From sequence record MT679221.1: a DNA stretch of 64,000 nucleotides; one strand, given 5' to 3'. Under the pieces are notes generated by a model. The model was not told the origin of the DNA and made no database searches. It saw only the letters and a list, made by a program, of their open reading frames with translations. Below are positions 45,646 to 55,068 of the stretch, one piece after another. How positions within the stretch are numbered: position 1 is the first letter of the stretch; each line of letters opens with the position of its first letter. Made by a program: the position numbers and the translations under genes.

Positions 45646-46115
45646 TGGCAACTGTAGTCAAAAAGAAACGTTTGCATGAACTCGATTCTTACGACGGTGA
45701 TAAGTCGAGCGCAGTAGCGCTTATTAGCGTTGATGAAAAGGAGTACAAACTTCCTCTCAGTGAAATCGGCGGCGGGGCAGATGCAAACCCTATCCAAAAC
45801 TTATCCGGTGCTGACGGTATCGTTGAAATAGATCCCAATATTGCGGACGACTTCATTATCCGTTTAGGTGACCCCACCACTGCGCTTTCTATCACACCTA
45901 TTACCGACCCGGTTCCGGGTACGCGATATGAATTATTACTGACGCTACGTCAGGGTACCGGTGCAAACAAAATCACCTGGCCGGCTTCGGTTAAATGGCC
46001 TAACGGTGCAGAACCTCCGTTATCGTACACGCTAGACGCCGAGGATGTGTTGTCTTTGTCATCTACGGATGGCGGTACAACCTGGAAAGGGGCCATTTGC
46101 GGAACAGGATACTAA
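45645..46115 (+). CDS. Tail-fibre-associated protein
   Basis: ITWPASVKWPNGAEPPLS...DVLSLSSTDGGTTWKG, a C-terminal module seen in phage tail proteins. Confidence 0.6.
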   Translation: MATVVKKKRLHELDSYDGDKSSAVALISVDEKEYKLPLSEIGGGADANPIQNLSGADGIVEIDPNIADDFIIRLGDPTTALSITPITDPVPGTRYELLLTLRQGTGANKITWPASVKWPNGAEPPLSYTLDAEDVLSLSSTDGGTTWKGAICGTGY

Positions 46116-46118
46116 GCC

Positions 46119-49100
46119 ATGCGCAAATTTAAAATCTCTGCTAAACGACATGCGTTGAACTATGCGATGTCGCTGGCTTACGGACATCAGGACTTTGTTC
46201 GCCGCAATACCGGTCTCACAAATGACGCCCACAAAGACCATTATCTGATTAACCCAGAAGGGGTGCTATCTAATAACCGGCATTTCATTGCTGACTCCAT
46301 GGCAGTGTATCAACCTAATGGTGACGCCACCACAGAAGGTCAATCGTTGCTGATTATTGGTTACTGTCACATGTACATTGCTACCAAAAACCGGATGTGG
46401 TTAGATGCGGCGATTCGTGCATGGGAAGCGTACGCTACCTACTATTACGCAGGTCAGGCCATTCCTGAGTCACCGCAACGTTGGATTTGTAACTGGCTAG
46501 TTAACGGTAAAGAACCGGTGCTGTCAGACTATCCGGTGCATCCGACCGAGCCAACCCACGGTGGTTACAAGTGTGTACCGGTGACATTTACGAACGGGCG
46601 TTGCCAGATACCCCATGGCGCACCGTTCTTTGGTGAATATCTGAACAATTTCTTTTCTGCGCATCGTGGCCATCCTACCTGGGGCGCGGTTAATGCTGAC
46701 GTACAGAAAATTAAGGAATCGGAAGACGGGTTAATTGACTGGTCTAAAGTCCCTGATTACTTAATCACCAATCCAGAGAAACCTTACGATGTAAAAGCGT
46801 GGGTGGACTGGAACAGGATGTTAAACGACCCAACCGGATATACCCCAATATGGGGTGGTTCTACCTCGAAAGGTCCGCGGTACGAACCTGACTGGTTTGT
46901 TGTGTGGACGGGTGAGAAGGTTCAAGACGGCGAAGTCATCGAATCCAGTTTACCTGATGCCCAGAAAGGAACCGTACAATTAAAGGACACCAGTATTAAC
47001 GGTGTGTATTTGATTAACTACGCTTCCCAGGTACCTGTAGAGCACGGCGGGTATTTGTTTGACCGCAATGAGCCGTGGCACAACCGTCCGGTCCATACCC
47101 CGTTAAAAGGGTCTGTTAACCAGATGGGTAACGCGGCAGATGCGGAAGTGTGGTTTATTGATGCCTGTTATCTGCTCTGGCGTATCACAGGTGAACCGCG
47201 CTATAAAGCCGCACTAGACTCTGTGTTCTATACAGCGCATGAATACACGTATATCGATGCGAAGGACAAGTTTTTCCGACGTTCTAAGCTAGCCGAAACA
47301 CCATTTACAGATGGTATCTCGTACGACTATAAATACCCCAGCACTGTTGAGGTCGCTTACAGTCGTGATGAAAATGGTGATATTGTGTTCCGTTCTGAGA
47401 AAGCTGTGCAGAACTTTATGGAACAGCAAGCCGTGCGTTTCAGGATAAACAGTCAATCGAAGTTACGTGTGACATATGGCGGTGTTTGCGACAACGGTGA
47501 TGCGCTTGCGTGTAAAGTGATGGTGGATATTAACCCCGTTAAAGCGGATACTGAAGAAGTAAACTGGTACGGCTGTACGCTTCCAGGATCAACATCGATG
47601 GAAGTAAAACAGCATGACATTGGTTTAGGGCATCTGGCCAGAATGACTAATCCGGCCAACGGCGAAGATTACATCATTGCCGATGCGCGAGCATGTTCAG
47701 ATTACGGTGGGTGTACGTGGCAGGAGAAGTTTGAGAGCAACATCTACGATGGTCGTTCAGGCACAATCGTAGAAGCGTTATTCCCGAACGACGATGCGGG
47801 CTTCATTATCGGTTTCTGGTTAACCGATGCTGGAGTTGCGCCCCCACAGTCAATTGTCTATCGTGCTGATGCCGATTTCAACTTCCGTTTCGAAGATACC
47901 AACAAGTGGCGTTGGTGGTGGATGTTGCCCGCGACTAACGGGGAATGGAAACAGGTTATTATTCGCCCTGAAGACGCAACACTCTCGGGCTATCAACCTG
48001 ACCACGATACCGATGTCGAAACAAAACCGTCTGCGCCAAACTACACAACTATCGATCAGGTAACCATACTGCCCGATTCGGCTGTGGAGAATGCGCACTT
48101 TAGCTGGTATTGCGTAAACGATGTTCCGCCACTGTTTAATGCAGATGATGGCTGGACATTAACGTTTCGCATCGCAATTCGGGGAGGTTCTGCATTTACG
48201 GGTAAAGTGGGCGATTGTACGATAAAAGATTACCGTCTTGACTCGCTCGCGTATTGTCCAGGAACGATACCGTTCTCGAACATTTATTCGGAAGGAACGT
48301 ATCAGCTAGGTGCATGGCACGGGATGCCGTATCCTGGCTATCAGTATCCGTTTATGTACACCATACACACCGATGATCGCTACAAAGACTGGCTCTTAAA
48401 TCAGATTCGGTTTATGCACGATTCACAAACCAACTACCAGGCGCAGTTAGGTGAGTTAGGTCCAGGTTGTGCGGCGTATATTTGGAACCGTTGGGATAAC
48501 TACACTTACGGACCGGCAGATACGTGGACAACGTTCCATTGGGGAGATGGACATCCGTGGGCAGGTTATCAGCCACGCGCGTATAACGCCGCTGCGCGTT
48601 GTTGGTACGAATTAGTTGTGCGTGGTAAAGAGGTTCCACCAGAGCTAGTAGAGTACGTTGAAAATTGGGCTAAGTGGCTCGTAGGGTTCTTAGACCGCTT
48701 TGACAACCACACGCCGAATGAATTCCCTACGGCACCAAATAAACCGGTATGGGTAGAGAATGATTTCACAGCACATATGTGTGCGCTCTGGATAGCAGGC
48801 AGCGCTTATGCGGCAATGGCTGGCTGTACAGTGGAAGGGTTGAGCCGTATTATGGATATGGGGATGAAGGAGATGGGTGACAACTTCACCGTCACCGACA
48901 TTCCAGGAAAAGCCATTAACGGTGCCTGGTCTCCGTGGGCAAATCCTACCACGGATAACGGTCAGGCTTTTGGGTTTTATACTGGAGAAGCGATGCGTGC
49001 AATCGGGTTGTATCTCCTCTATAAAGAACACGGCCCAGGACATGATATTTATCGTGACTTGGCAATACCCGACCACACAACAGCTTCACTCGATATAACG

Positions 49101-49136
49101 TTTACTATCCCAGACGATCCGCTCGAAACTAATTAA
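46119..49136 (+). CDS. Large tail fibre/spike with GH8-like six-hairpin glycosidase motifs (SPN3US gp124 position)
   Basis: 1005 aa; TTEGQS (E73) and NAADAEVW...GEPRY (D341); Trp/Tyr-rich inserts. Confidence 0.65.
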   Translation: MRKFKISAKRHALNYAMSLAYGHQDFVRRNTGLTNDAHKDHYLINPEGVLSNNRHFIADSMAVYQPNGDATTEGQSLLIIGYCHMYIATKNRMWLDAAIRAWEAYATYYYAGQAIPESPQRWICNWLVNGKEPVLSDYPVHPTEPTHGGYKCVPVTFTNGRCQIPHGAPFFGEYLNNFFSAHRGHPTWGAVNADVQKIKESEDGLIDWSKVPDYLITNPEKPYDVKAWVDWNRMLNDPTGYTPIWGGSTSKGPRYEPDWFVVWTGEKVQDGEVIESSLPDAQKGTVQLKDTSINGVYLINYASQVPVEHGGYLFDRNEPWHNRPVHTPLKGSVNQMGNAADAEVWFIDACYLLWRITGEPRYKAALDSVFYTAHEYTYIDAKDKFFRRSKLAETPFTDGISYDYKYPSTVEVAYSRDENGDIVFRSEKAVQNFMEQQAVRFRINSQSKLRVTYGGVCDNGDALACKVMVDINPVKADTEEVNWYGCTLPGSTSMEVKQHDIGLGHLARMTNPANGEDYIIADARACSDYGGCTWQEKFESNIYDGRSGTIVEALFPNDDAGFIIGFWLTDAGVAPPQSIVYRADADFNFRFEDTNKWRWWWMLPATNGEWKQVIIRPEDATLSGYQPDHDTDVETKPSAPNYTTIDQVTILPDSAVENAHFSWYCVNDVPPLFNADDGWTLTFRIAIRGGSAFTGKVGDCTIKDYRLDSLAYCPGTIPFSNIYSEGTYQLGAWHGMPYPGYQYPFMYTIHTDDRYKDWLLNQIRFMHDSQTNYQAQLGELGPGCAAYIWNRWDNYTYGPADTWTTFHWGDGHPWAGYQPRAYNAAARCWYELVVRGKEVPPELVEYVENWAKWLVGFLDRFDNHTPNEFPTAPNKPVWVENDFTAHMCALWIAGSAYAAMAGCTVEGLSRIMDMGMKEMGDNFTVTDIPGKAINGAWSPWANPTTDNGQAFGFYTGEAMRAIGLYLLYKEHGPGHDIYRDLAIPDHTTASLDITFTIPDDPLETN

Positions 49137-49141
49137 GTGTA

Positions 49142-49184
49142 TACCAGCTATCCTTCGGGGTGGCTGGTACGCTTTATTTTATTT
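49142..49184 (+). terminator. Intrinsic terminator
   Basis: TACCAGCTATCC-TTCG-GGGTGGCTGGTA (with G-U pairs) then T-rich tail. Confidence 0.8.
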
Positions 49185-49206
49185 CAGATAGATGTTATCT
49201 CAGTGA
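49182..49206 (+). promoter_or_regulatory. Early-type promoter, variant class
   Basis: TTTCAGATAGATGTTATCTCAGTGA. Confidence 0.65.
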
Positions 49207-49263
49207 ACCTCTGAAATTTACGTTTCAATCAGAGCTTATGTCATGTATTAAGGAGCAATTAAA

Positions 49264-49596
49264 ATGTCTAAAGTCTATCACATTGCGGTATTGCGTCAGG
49301 CAACTGACCTTGAAGGCGACGGTGAACTTCGAATGCAGGAAGCCATTCTGAGCACCGTTAAAGAACTTAACCAAGCAAACAATTTCGATGCACGCTTCGA
49401 GGCGCTGCCTGTAAGCCGTAATGCTTTCTACGGCAGTCAAATACTGGCAACCCAGTATGCGATGGCTTTAAGTGAATTGCGCAATAACCCTAGCCCAGAG
49501 ACCGCAGCGAAGATGAACAAGCTGTCGTTATGGATGAATAACCTGGATGTCCCCGCAGCATCCACTGTAAGTGGTTTGGGGGTGGTCAATGAGTAG
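49264..49596 (+). CDS. Hypothetical protein
   Basis: AAGGAG SD. Confidence 0.75.
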   Translation: MSKVYHIAVLRQATDLEGDGELRMQEAILSTVKELNQANNFDARFEALPVSRNAFYGSQILATQYAMALSELRNNPSPETAAKMNKLSLWMNNLDVPAASTVSGLGVVNE

Positions 49597-49924
49597 AGTA
49601 ATCGGTGTTGCCAGACCAATGCGTCTCAATAGGACACCAATGATAGATCGTGATATCGGTGAAGCTGTAAAACAGTTGTCGAATATCGACGGTTACACCT
49701 TTAAAGTGATAACACTGTACGACTACCCAGAAGGTAAAGTTCCGCAAGAGGCGCTGGATAAATTCGTTAATGTATTAGACGATTGCCTTAAGAGTCCAAC
49801 GGACGTAAATCTTATCAAACTAAACACCATGTCCCTTGAACTGTACCGGCTGCGTAAAATGGGCATTCATGCTCGCATCGGTAAAGGTGACCAAACGTTA
49901 GCCGAATACTGGGCTAAACAGTAA
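49589..49924 (+). CDS. Hypothetical protein (start revised from 49571)
   Basis: 8-nt overlap with the upstream gene. Confidence 0.65.
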   Translation: MSRVIGVARPMRLNRTPMIDRDIGEAVKQLSNIDGYTFKVITLYDYPEGKVPQEALDKFVNVLDDCLKSPTDVNLIKLNTMSLELYRLRKMGIHARIGKGDQTLAEYWAKQ

Positions 49925-49951
49925 GCTATTTTAAATCCTAAGGAGCATTAA

Positions 49952-50470
49952 GTGAATATTATCATGAACCTGTATACCAAACGGGAACGTAACGTTTTAG
50001 AATCGGGCGTTGCCCCGGAAGTATTGGCTGCGGGGGATATTAGTATCGACCCATTGAAAGTGAAAGTCGCGGAACTGTTCCCTCGTGATGAATGGGACAT
50101 CTGGTATTTCCGTTGTTCGTCGGTATTAAATGCAATCAAGCAACTGTCTGATTATCAGCCCGGTCCGTATATCGGTACCTGGCACTGGTACGTTCCACGC
50201 ACACCAAACTTCCTTTACCTGCACGACGATGATAAACGTACTCATATTCGCACTGTAGCGACGCCTGCGCGTTTGGAGCGTTATCTGGAGCTAATCCACG
50301 ACCGGCCTCGTAACGAGCTGCAGAGCATCGTAGAGGTGCTCAGACAGGTACCTTTAGACGGTATACTGGAACTGGACATGAAAATCGCCGATCGTCCGAG
50401 ACATTACTGGGAATTTTCCTGGGTAGACGCGAAGTACGAAAACCACAACGTTATCTATCTGAAGCGTTAA
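49952..50470 (+). CDS. Hypothetical protein
   Basis: GTG start, AAGGAG SD. Confidence 0.75.
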   Translation: MNIIMNLYTKRERNVLESGVAPEVLAAGDISIDPLKVKVAELFPRDEWDIWYFRCSSVLNAIKQLSDYQPGPYIGTWHWYVPRTPNFLYLHDDDKRTHIRTVATPARLERYLELIHDRPRNELQSIVEVLRQVPLDGILELDMKIADRPRHYWEFSWVDAKYENHNVIYLKR

Positions 50471-50480
50471 GGGGGACAGG

Positions 50481-50801
50481 ATGTTGAATTGGTTACTGGC
50501 GCTGATTAACAAGCGACAAAAACAACTGTACGAAGAAAACCGAGAATTAGCTGCCGCTAACCGTCGTGTACAGGCCGATAACTTGCAGTTAAGACACGAC
50601 CTCGCGGAACTGGGCGTTAATGCGAGTAGGCTCTGCACGCACATAAGTCGCTGTCACGACATTATCGAACGTATTGGTCACTACCATCTTACGTCCCCTG
50701 CGCGGCGTGTCTATGACGCGGCCGTTCAGGGATTAAAAGATACCAGGAGCGCGTACGACGAGATGTTAGAAGAATTTAGTAAACGTGAGGATAAAGACTA
50801 A
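50481..50801 (+). CDS. Hypothetical coiled-coil protein
   Basis: 106 aa; GGGGGA SD. Confidence 0.7.
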   Translation: MLNWLLALINKRQKQLYEENRELAAANRRVQADNLQLRHDLAELGVNASRLCTHISRCHDIIERIGHYHLTSPARRVYDAAVQGLKDTRSAYDEMLEEFSKREDKD

Positions 50802-51184
50802 TGGAAACACCACCGAACACCGATTTAGCACTGGCTATCGAGCACATGAAAAATCATCAGCTGACGTTACTGAACGCAGGCATAGATGGACAACGTCAAG
50901 GGTATGCACTCGTTGCAAAAGCGGCGTTAGAACTTAACAAGATTCTACTCGCTAAACTCTACGGCCTGGAGAACAGCGTGCTTCACGCAACGCATCTGGG
51001 TGAGGCCAGCGAGCTGGTTACAGACGTGCGCCTATATGCATCGCGCGAAATGGAGCGCTTAGTCAACGAGTGGAACGTTCAGTGTAACGGCGAGCGTGCT
51101 GATAAAGATCCACGTAAAGTTGCACTGACGCCAGGTGTATATATCAAGGACGGTAGCATCAACGAATATACCGGATTTAACTGA
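50801..51184 (+). CDS. Hypothetical protein
   Basis: TAATG coupling. Confidence 0.75.
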   Translation: METPPNTDLALAIEHMKNHQLTLLNAGIDGQRQGYALVAKAALELNKILLAKLYGLENSVLHATHLGEASELVTDVRLYASREMERLVNEWNVQCNGERADKDPRKVALTPGVYIKDGSINEYTGFN

Positions 51185-51201
51185 TCGGTAGATAAGGGTA
51201 A

Positions 51202-51633
51202 TTGATAATGTTAACCATAGACGTAGCTATCTCTATCGAGCTTCAACGCATCGGTGTAGGTACACTAAAACTTCGTTATCGTGATTTACCGCATTACAAC
51301 AAGATGTTTGATGTTGGGGTGATAAAGTTTTATAACCGATACGGGCCAAGAGAACTATGTCTATGGTTTGTCGAGTTAGCGATAACTTATGGCGAGTTTT
51401 ATCATCCTAATGTACCGCATGTCGAACATGTGTCAAGAGGGCACCTGGAAACTTCCAGAGAGTTCTATCAGCGATTGTATGGCGCGATGGAGGAGTCCGC
51501 ACCCATCGACTACGACGTACCACCTGAACTGTTATTAATCGACCATGAAGGAGAAGCCGGTGTCTATTTCATTACGGGGACTGACTATTCACGAGATTCA
51601 GAAATATTTACTCGAGGGCGGGAAACTGACTGA
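51202..51633 (+). CDS. Hypothetical protein
   Basis: 143 aa ORF. Confidence 0.65.
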   Translation: MIMLTIDVAISIELQRIGVGTLKLRYRDLPHYNKMFDVGVIKFYNRYGPRELCLWFVELAITYGEFYHPNVPHVEHVSRGHLETSREFYQRLYGAMEESAPIDYDVPPELLLIDHEGEAGVYFITGTDYSRDSEIFTRGRETD

Positions 51634-51865
51634 CGACTATCAAACCGCAGATATGTTGCTACAGTCATTTGTACCGTTACGTGCTGAGTATTACGAAATC
51701 GCGTTCCTGGGCGATGAATATTGTGTCCGCACGCAAGGGCGTGAATACGAAGCAGTTCGCGTACCGCGCACACTCGGCGGGGTGATGATACTTATCGCTA
51801 ATATCGAAGCACTCAATGCGAAATGTGCGTTATACATCGCACAGGGAGGTCGCAATGGATTTTAA
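51545..51865 (+). CDS. Hypothetical protein (start uncertain)
   Basis: Fills the gap between neighbours; overlaps the upstream gene. Confidence 0.55.
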   Translation: MKEKPVSISLRGLTIHEIQKYLLEGGKLTDDYQTADMLLQSFVPLRAEYYEIAFLGDEYCVRTQGREYEAVRVPRTLGGVMILIANIEALNAKCALYIAQGGRNGF

Positions 51866-52013
51866 GTGGGAACCATTATCGTTAGCAGAAGTTCGTAACA
51901 GAATCGATAGAGCTATTGCAAGGAGAAAACATGTTCGGCCTGTTTCAGGAGAAAAAACAGTTGCGTCGCCAATTAGAAATACTGGAATTGGAACTCAGCC
52001 TATCAAAGACTGA
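51855..52013 (+). CDS. Possible 52-aa protein overlapping the next gene
   Basis: GGAGG SD 5 nt before ATG51855. Confidence 0.4.
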   Translation: MDFKWEPLSLAEVRNRIDRAIARRKHVRPVSGEKTVASPIRNTGIGTQPIKD

Positions 52014-52332
52014 GTTAGAAATTTCGAAAGAAGCGTGGAAAAGAAATCTCGACGAATCTTTCGAAGAACGCCGTAAACTTACGCGATTACTTTCTGAGGA
52101 ACAGTCTAAGAACCGGAAACTCGAAGACGAGCTACGAGATGCCCGACGAGATGCGGATCTGCGTGATAAGATGTTGGGATGGAACCTGGGTGCCCTAATC
52201 TATTTCATAGAGCAGCGTTGGGAACCAAAGACACTCCTTGAGTTACTCTATGAAAAACTCTCCTGCGTAGGTAGACGTTCTGCGGCCATCGAGTATTTTC
52301 GTAGTCACGGTTTCGAGGTAAAAGATGAGTAA
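51931..52332 (+). CDS. Hypothetical coiled-coil protein (start revised from 51916)
   Basis: AAGGAG SD. Confidence 0.7.
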   Translation: MFGLFQEKKQLRRQLEILELELSLSKTELEISKEAWKRNLDESFEERRKLTRLLSEEQSKNRKLEDELRDARRDADLRDKMLGWNLGALIYFIEQRWEPKTLLELLYEKLSCVGRRSAAIEYFRSHGFEVKDE

Positions 52333-52375
52333 AAATAACAGTTTGTTTTCCCTTTAACCATGGAAACCACAAGCA

Positions 52376-52708
52376 ATGAAAACGAAACGAACGTCAGTCG
52401 TGTTCCAGCAGGGACGTGCGCGACTCTATAAAGGTAAGAAACTCATTGGTACATTCGAGTATCAAGAGAACCAGCTAATCGTCGATGTTATCATTCTCGG
52501 TTTAGCAGCGAAGTGGTCACCTTTAAAAAGGACATTAGCCAAACGTGCGATGGAGAAGCTCCGCCGCGACCAGATAAAAGCATTTAACAAACCTTTTCCA
52601 CTTGAGGCGTACCGAGTACAGCCTCGTTGCGCACACATCACGACGTCACCCATGATTGCTAAGCTCGATGTGACCGATCTGAGAGAAATGTTAACTGTAC
52701 GGCCGTAG
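52376..52708 (+). CDS. Hypothetical basic protein
   Basis: 110 aa ORF. Confidence 0.65.
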   Translation: MKTKRTSVVFQQGRARLYKGKKLIGTFEYQENQLIVDVIILGLAAKWSPLKRTLAKRAMEKLRRDQIKAFNKPFPLEAYRVQPRCAHITTSPMIAKLDVTDLREMLTVRP

Positions 52709-52735
52709 TGTCATAGCCCCTTAAGGAGTATTTAA

Positions 52736-53176
52736 ATGTTAAAGCCACGCAAACAGAAAAGATTACAGTTTGTCAAAATAGTACATCCACAGTCACGTCG
52801 TGTTACAGGTGGACGTCTCTACGTGGGTAAACACCGTAGTCGTCTTATCACCTGGTCGGCAATGGCCAACGTAGCCACCCAACTCCAGGCAATGGTTGAA
52901 GACCGTTGCCAGTTAAAAGGGGATTTCTTTCAAGAGAAGAAACCCTATCGTGATATCTTCCGTACACTAAAAGCGTGCTGGGTACTCAGCTGGGTGCCTG
53001 GCCGCGAACAACTTTATTTTCTGCGTAAGTTCCCACGCCCTATGCCGAAGGAAAACATTAACGTTTTCTTAGACAAACTAAAACGTTTTAATGGCATCGG
53101 CATTAACGCTAATAAAGAGCAAGTTTCTGCTACAGTAGCAGCCCGGAAACTCTTACGCGATTATGTGGCCGATTGA
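52736..53176 (+). CDS. Hypothetical basic protein
   Basis: AAGGAG SD. Confidence 0.7.
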   Translation: MLKPRKQKRLQFVKIVHPQSRRVTGGRLYVGKHRSRLITWSAMANVATQLQAMVEDRCQLKGDFFQEKKPYRDIFRTLKACWVLSWVPGREQLYFLRKFPRPMPKENINVFLDKLKRFNGIGINANKEQVSATVAARKLLRDYVAD

Positions 53177-53216
53177 CTTGAGAGGCACTTATCCCAAAAG
53201 CGGTCAATAAAGCAGC

Positions 53217-53253
53217 ACCCTACTCCATCGGGAGTAGGGTTTCTTCTTTTTTT
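53217..53253 (+). terminator. Intrinsic terminator
   Basis: ACCCTACTCC-ATCG-GGAGTAGGGT then T run. Confidence 0.85.
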
Positions 53254-53274
53254 GCCTAGTCCGATTACAATTAT

Positions 53275-53299
53275 TTTCAGATATATATTACTTAGGTGA
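53275..53299 (+). promoter_or_regulatory. Early promoter, copy 3
   Basis: TTTCAGATATATATTACTTAGGTGA. Confidence 0.8.
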
Positions 53300-53351
53300 G
53301 AGTTAACAATTAACTCTTATCTAATCGACCATTATCTTAAGGAGTTTTAAC

Positions 53352-53798
53352 ATGTACATTCTGAATAACGAACTTACTAAATACGCTAGCAAAAACCCGA
53401 TTATGATTTCTTTCCTAATCGTGATGGCGGCCAACAAACAAGACCCCAGCGAATTCACTACTGAGGACTTCGAAGAGATTATCGCCAACGCCAAAGAAGC
53501 CACGTTCCAGACCACAGAACCTACTCGCGACGAGTTCCCTCTAGGTGAAGCCGGCGATGTAATGTTTAACGACATGATTGCTTCGTACTACATCAATAGA
53601 CGTGGTATGGAAATCGAATACGACGAACTTCCTACTAGCAGCTTTGCTGAAATGATTCGTGATTATCGTCGTCAAGTTGTCTCTGACGATGTCGTAAAGA
53701 AATACATGGCACAAATCAGCCCATTCAGTCTTGAATTCGAAAACCGCGCGGTTGCCTTAGCAACACATCGCCTGCGTTTAGAAAAAGAAGTACACTAA
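53352..53798 (+). CDS. Acidic hypothetical early protein
   Basis: First gene after the early promoter; AAGGAG SD. Confidence 0.8.
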   Translation: MYILNNELTKYASKNPIMISFLIVMAANKQDPSEFTTEDFEEIIANAKEATFQTTEPTRDEFPLGEAGDVMFNDMIASYYINRRGMEIEYDELPTSSFAEMIRDYRRQVVSDDVVKKYMAQISPFSLEFENRAVALATHRLRLEKEVH

Positions 53799-53859
53799 TA
53801 ATAACCCGGCGGGCAAAGTCCCGCCAATTCACCTACAATCTACAAAAAAGGAATATCCC

Positions 53860-54078
53860 ATGCGCAACCTCTTCTCCAAATCTGAAATCAAACCTGTTGT
53901 TGAAACCACCGCCAAACGTAAGCCTGACATGATTGACTTGCTGCTGAAGATGTCTGCAGCAGAAGCCAAAGCTTTCATGAAAACAATGAAAGACGGCGAG
54001 AAAACGATTGATAATGTTGAAGTAACCTACGGTGTTAAAGACCGCCCAAAGAATAACGGCCTGGTGTGGATGTGCTAG
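53860..54078 (+). CDS. Hypothetical protein (72 aa)
   Basis: AAGGA SD. Confidence 0.75.
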   Translation: MRNLFSKSEIKPVVETTAKRKPDMIDLLLKMSAAEAKAFMKTMKDGEKTIDNVEVTYGVKDRPKNNGLVWMC

Positions 54079-54113
54079 TCTACAACGGCAGGGACGCTCC
54101 GGCGAGAAGAAAA

Positions 54114-54160
54114 GGGAGCTTCGGCTCCCCTTCTTTTTTGTTTCCTTTTCTTTTTTTGTT
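54114..54160 (+). terminator. Intrinsic terminator
   Basis: GGGAGC-TTCG-GCTCCC then long T tail. Confidence 0.85.
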
Positions 54161-54260
54161 TGCTCTTGTTCGGATTCTGGTACGCACTACGCTTTTAATA
54201 TGCTGGCAGGGGGTCTAAAAATCTTACGACCTCAATAATCCCTTAACTCGAGTTAACGCG

Positions 54261-55058
54261 ATGTCTTTTACTTCAAAACAGAATCTGCTAAAACTCATCA
54301 ACGAAGAGAATAAGATAAGCCCACCGCTTACCTTTGACGATGTTGATATCGGACTGCCGGAGGTTGTGTCAGTAGACGGTCGTGATTCGGAGGTAGTCCT
54401 TACCTCAAAAATGCGCGGCGATGAAGGTACGCAAGTGATTGTGGACTACCATCGTCGTCCATTAGAGGACTACCTTAAAGGCGATGTTGCCTTTGGAGAC
54501 GAGGACGTGCAAACCACGCACGACTTACTCGCGGCGATTAACGAGCGTTTTAATCTGTCTATCTTACCTGAGGATATCGAAGATAACCCCATTGATGGAC
54601 AGACGCACACAGTCGTTGCTGTTGAAACTTCCCACGAGTGGCGAAGTCAAGCGGTCATCGAGCTGAAACCTGCTACACCTCTGGCAGAAGTAGTAACCAA
54701 TACAGAGTTGAGCGGTCTTCTGTACCCGGATCACCAGGACATCCAGTTGGGTCAGGCGTATATCTATTCGCGTGACATCGATTGTAGCCACATCTCTCGT
54801 TTCCTGAGCCTCTTAGCGGTCGGTATCGAGGTAGATGACACGGCGTTGGCAATCGAACTCAACAAATGTGTTCCTGAGATTTGGGTAGCTGAAGATACCC
54901 CATCCCCGTATAACCTGCGTGGTGCCACTGTCGTATTCGACGGCGTACCTGCAGACTTACCGGGAGCAAATACGGCGTTCGCGAAAGTCGTGTCAGTGCA
55001 ACTGACCGATAAATGTACGAACTTCCAGGGCAGCCTCAACCTACACTTTAACAACTAG
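54261..55058 (+). CDS. Virion protein, paralogue family A
   Basis: LLKLINEEN, YNLRGA.V, CTNFQGSLNLHFN. Confidence 0.8.
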   Translation: MSFTSKQNLLKLINEENKISPPLTFDDVDIGLPEVVSVDGRDSEVVLTSKMRGDEGTQVIVDYHRRPLEDYLKGDVAFGDEDVQTTHDLLAAINERFNLSILPEDIEDNPIDGQTHTVVAVETSHEWRSQAVIELKPATPLAEVVTNTELSGLLYPDHQDIQLGQAYIYSRDIDCSHISRFLSLLAVGIEVDDTALAIELNKCVPEIWVAEDTPSPYNLRGATVVFDGVPADLPGANTAFAKVVSVQLTDKCTNFQGSLNLHFNN

Positions 55059-55068
55059 GAGGGTATAG

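Noticed and set aside
4580-53354. Dispersed 25-75-nt repeats as a CRISPR array or mobile-element ends
   Set aside because: Copies are tens of kb apart, have no spacers, and sit just upstream of SD and start codons, so they are promoters and leaders
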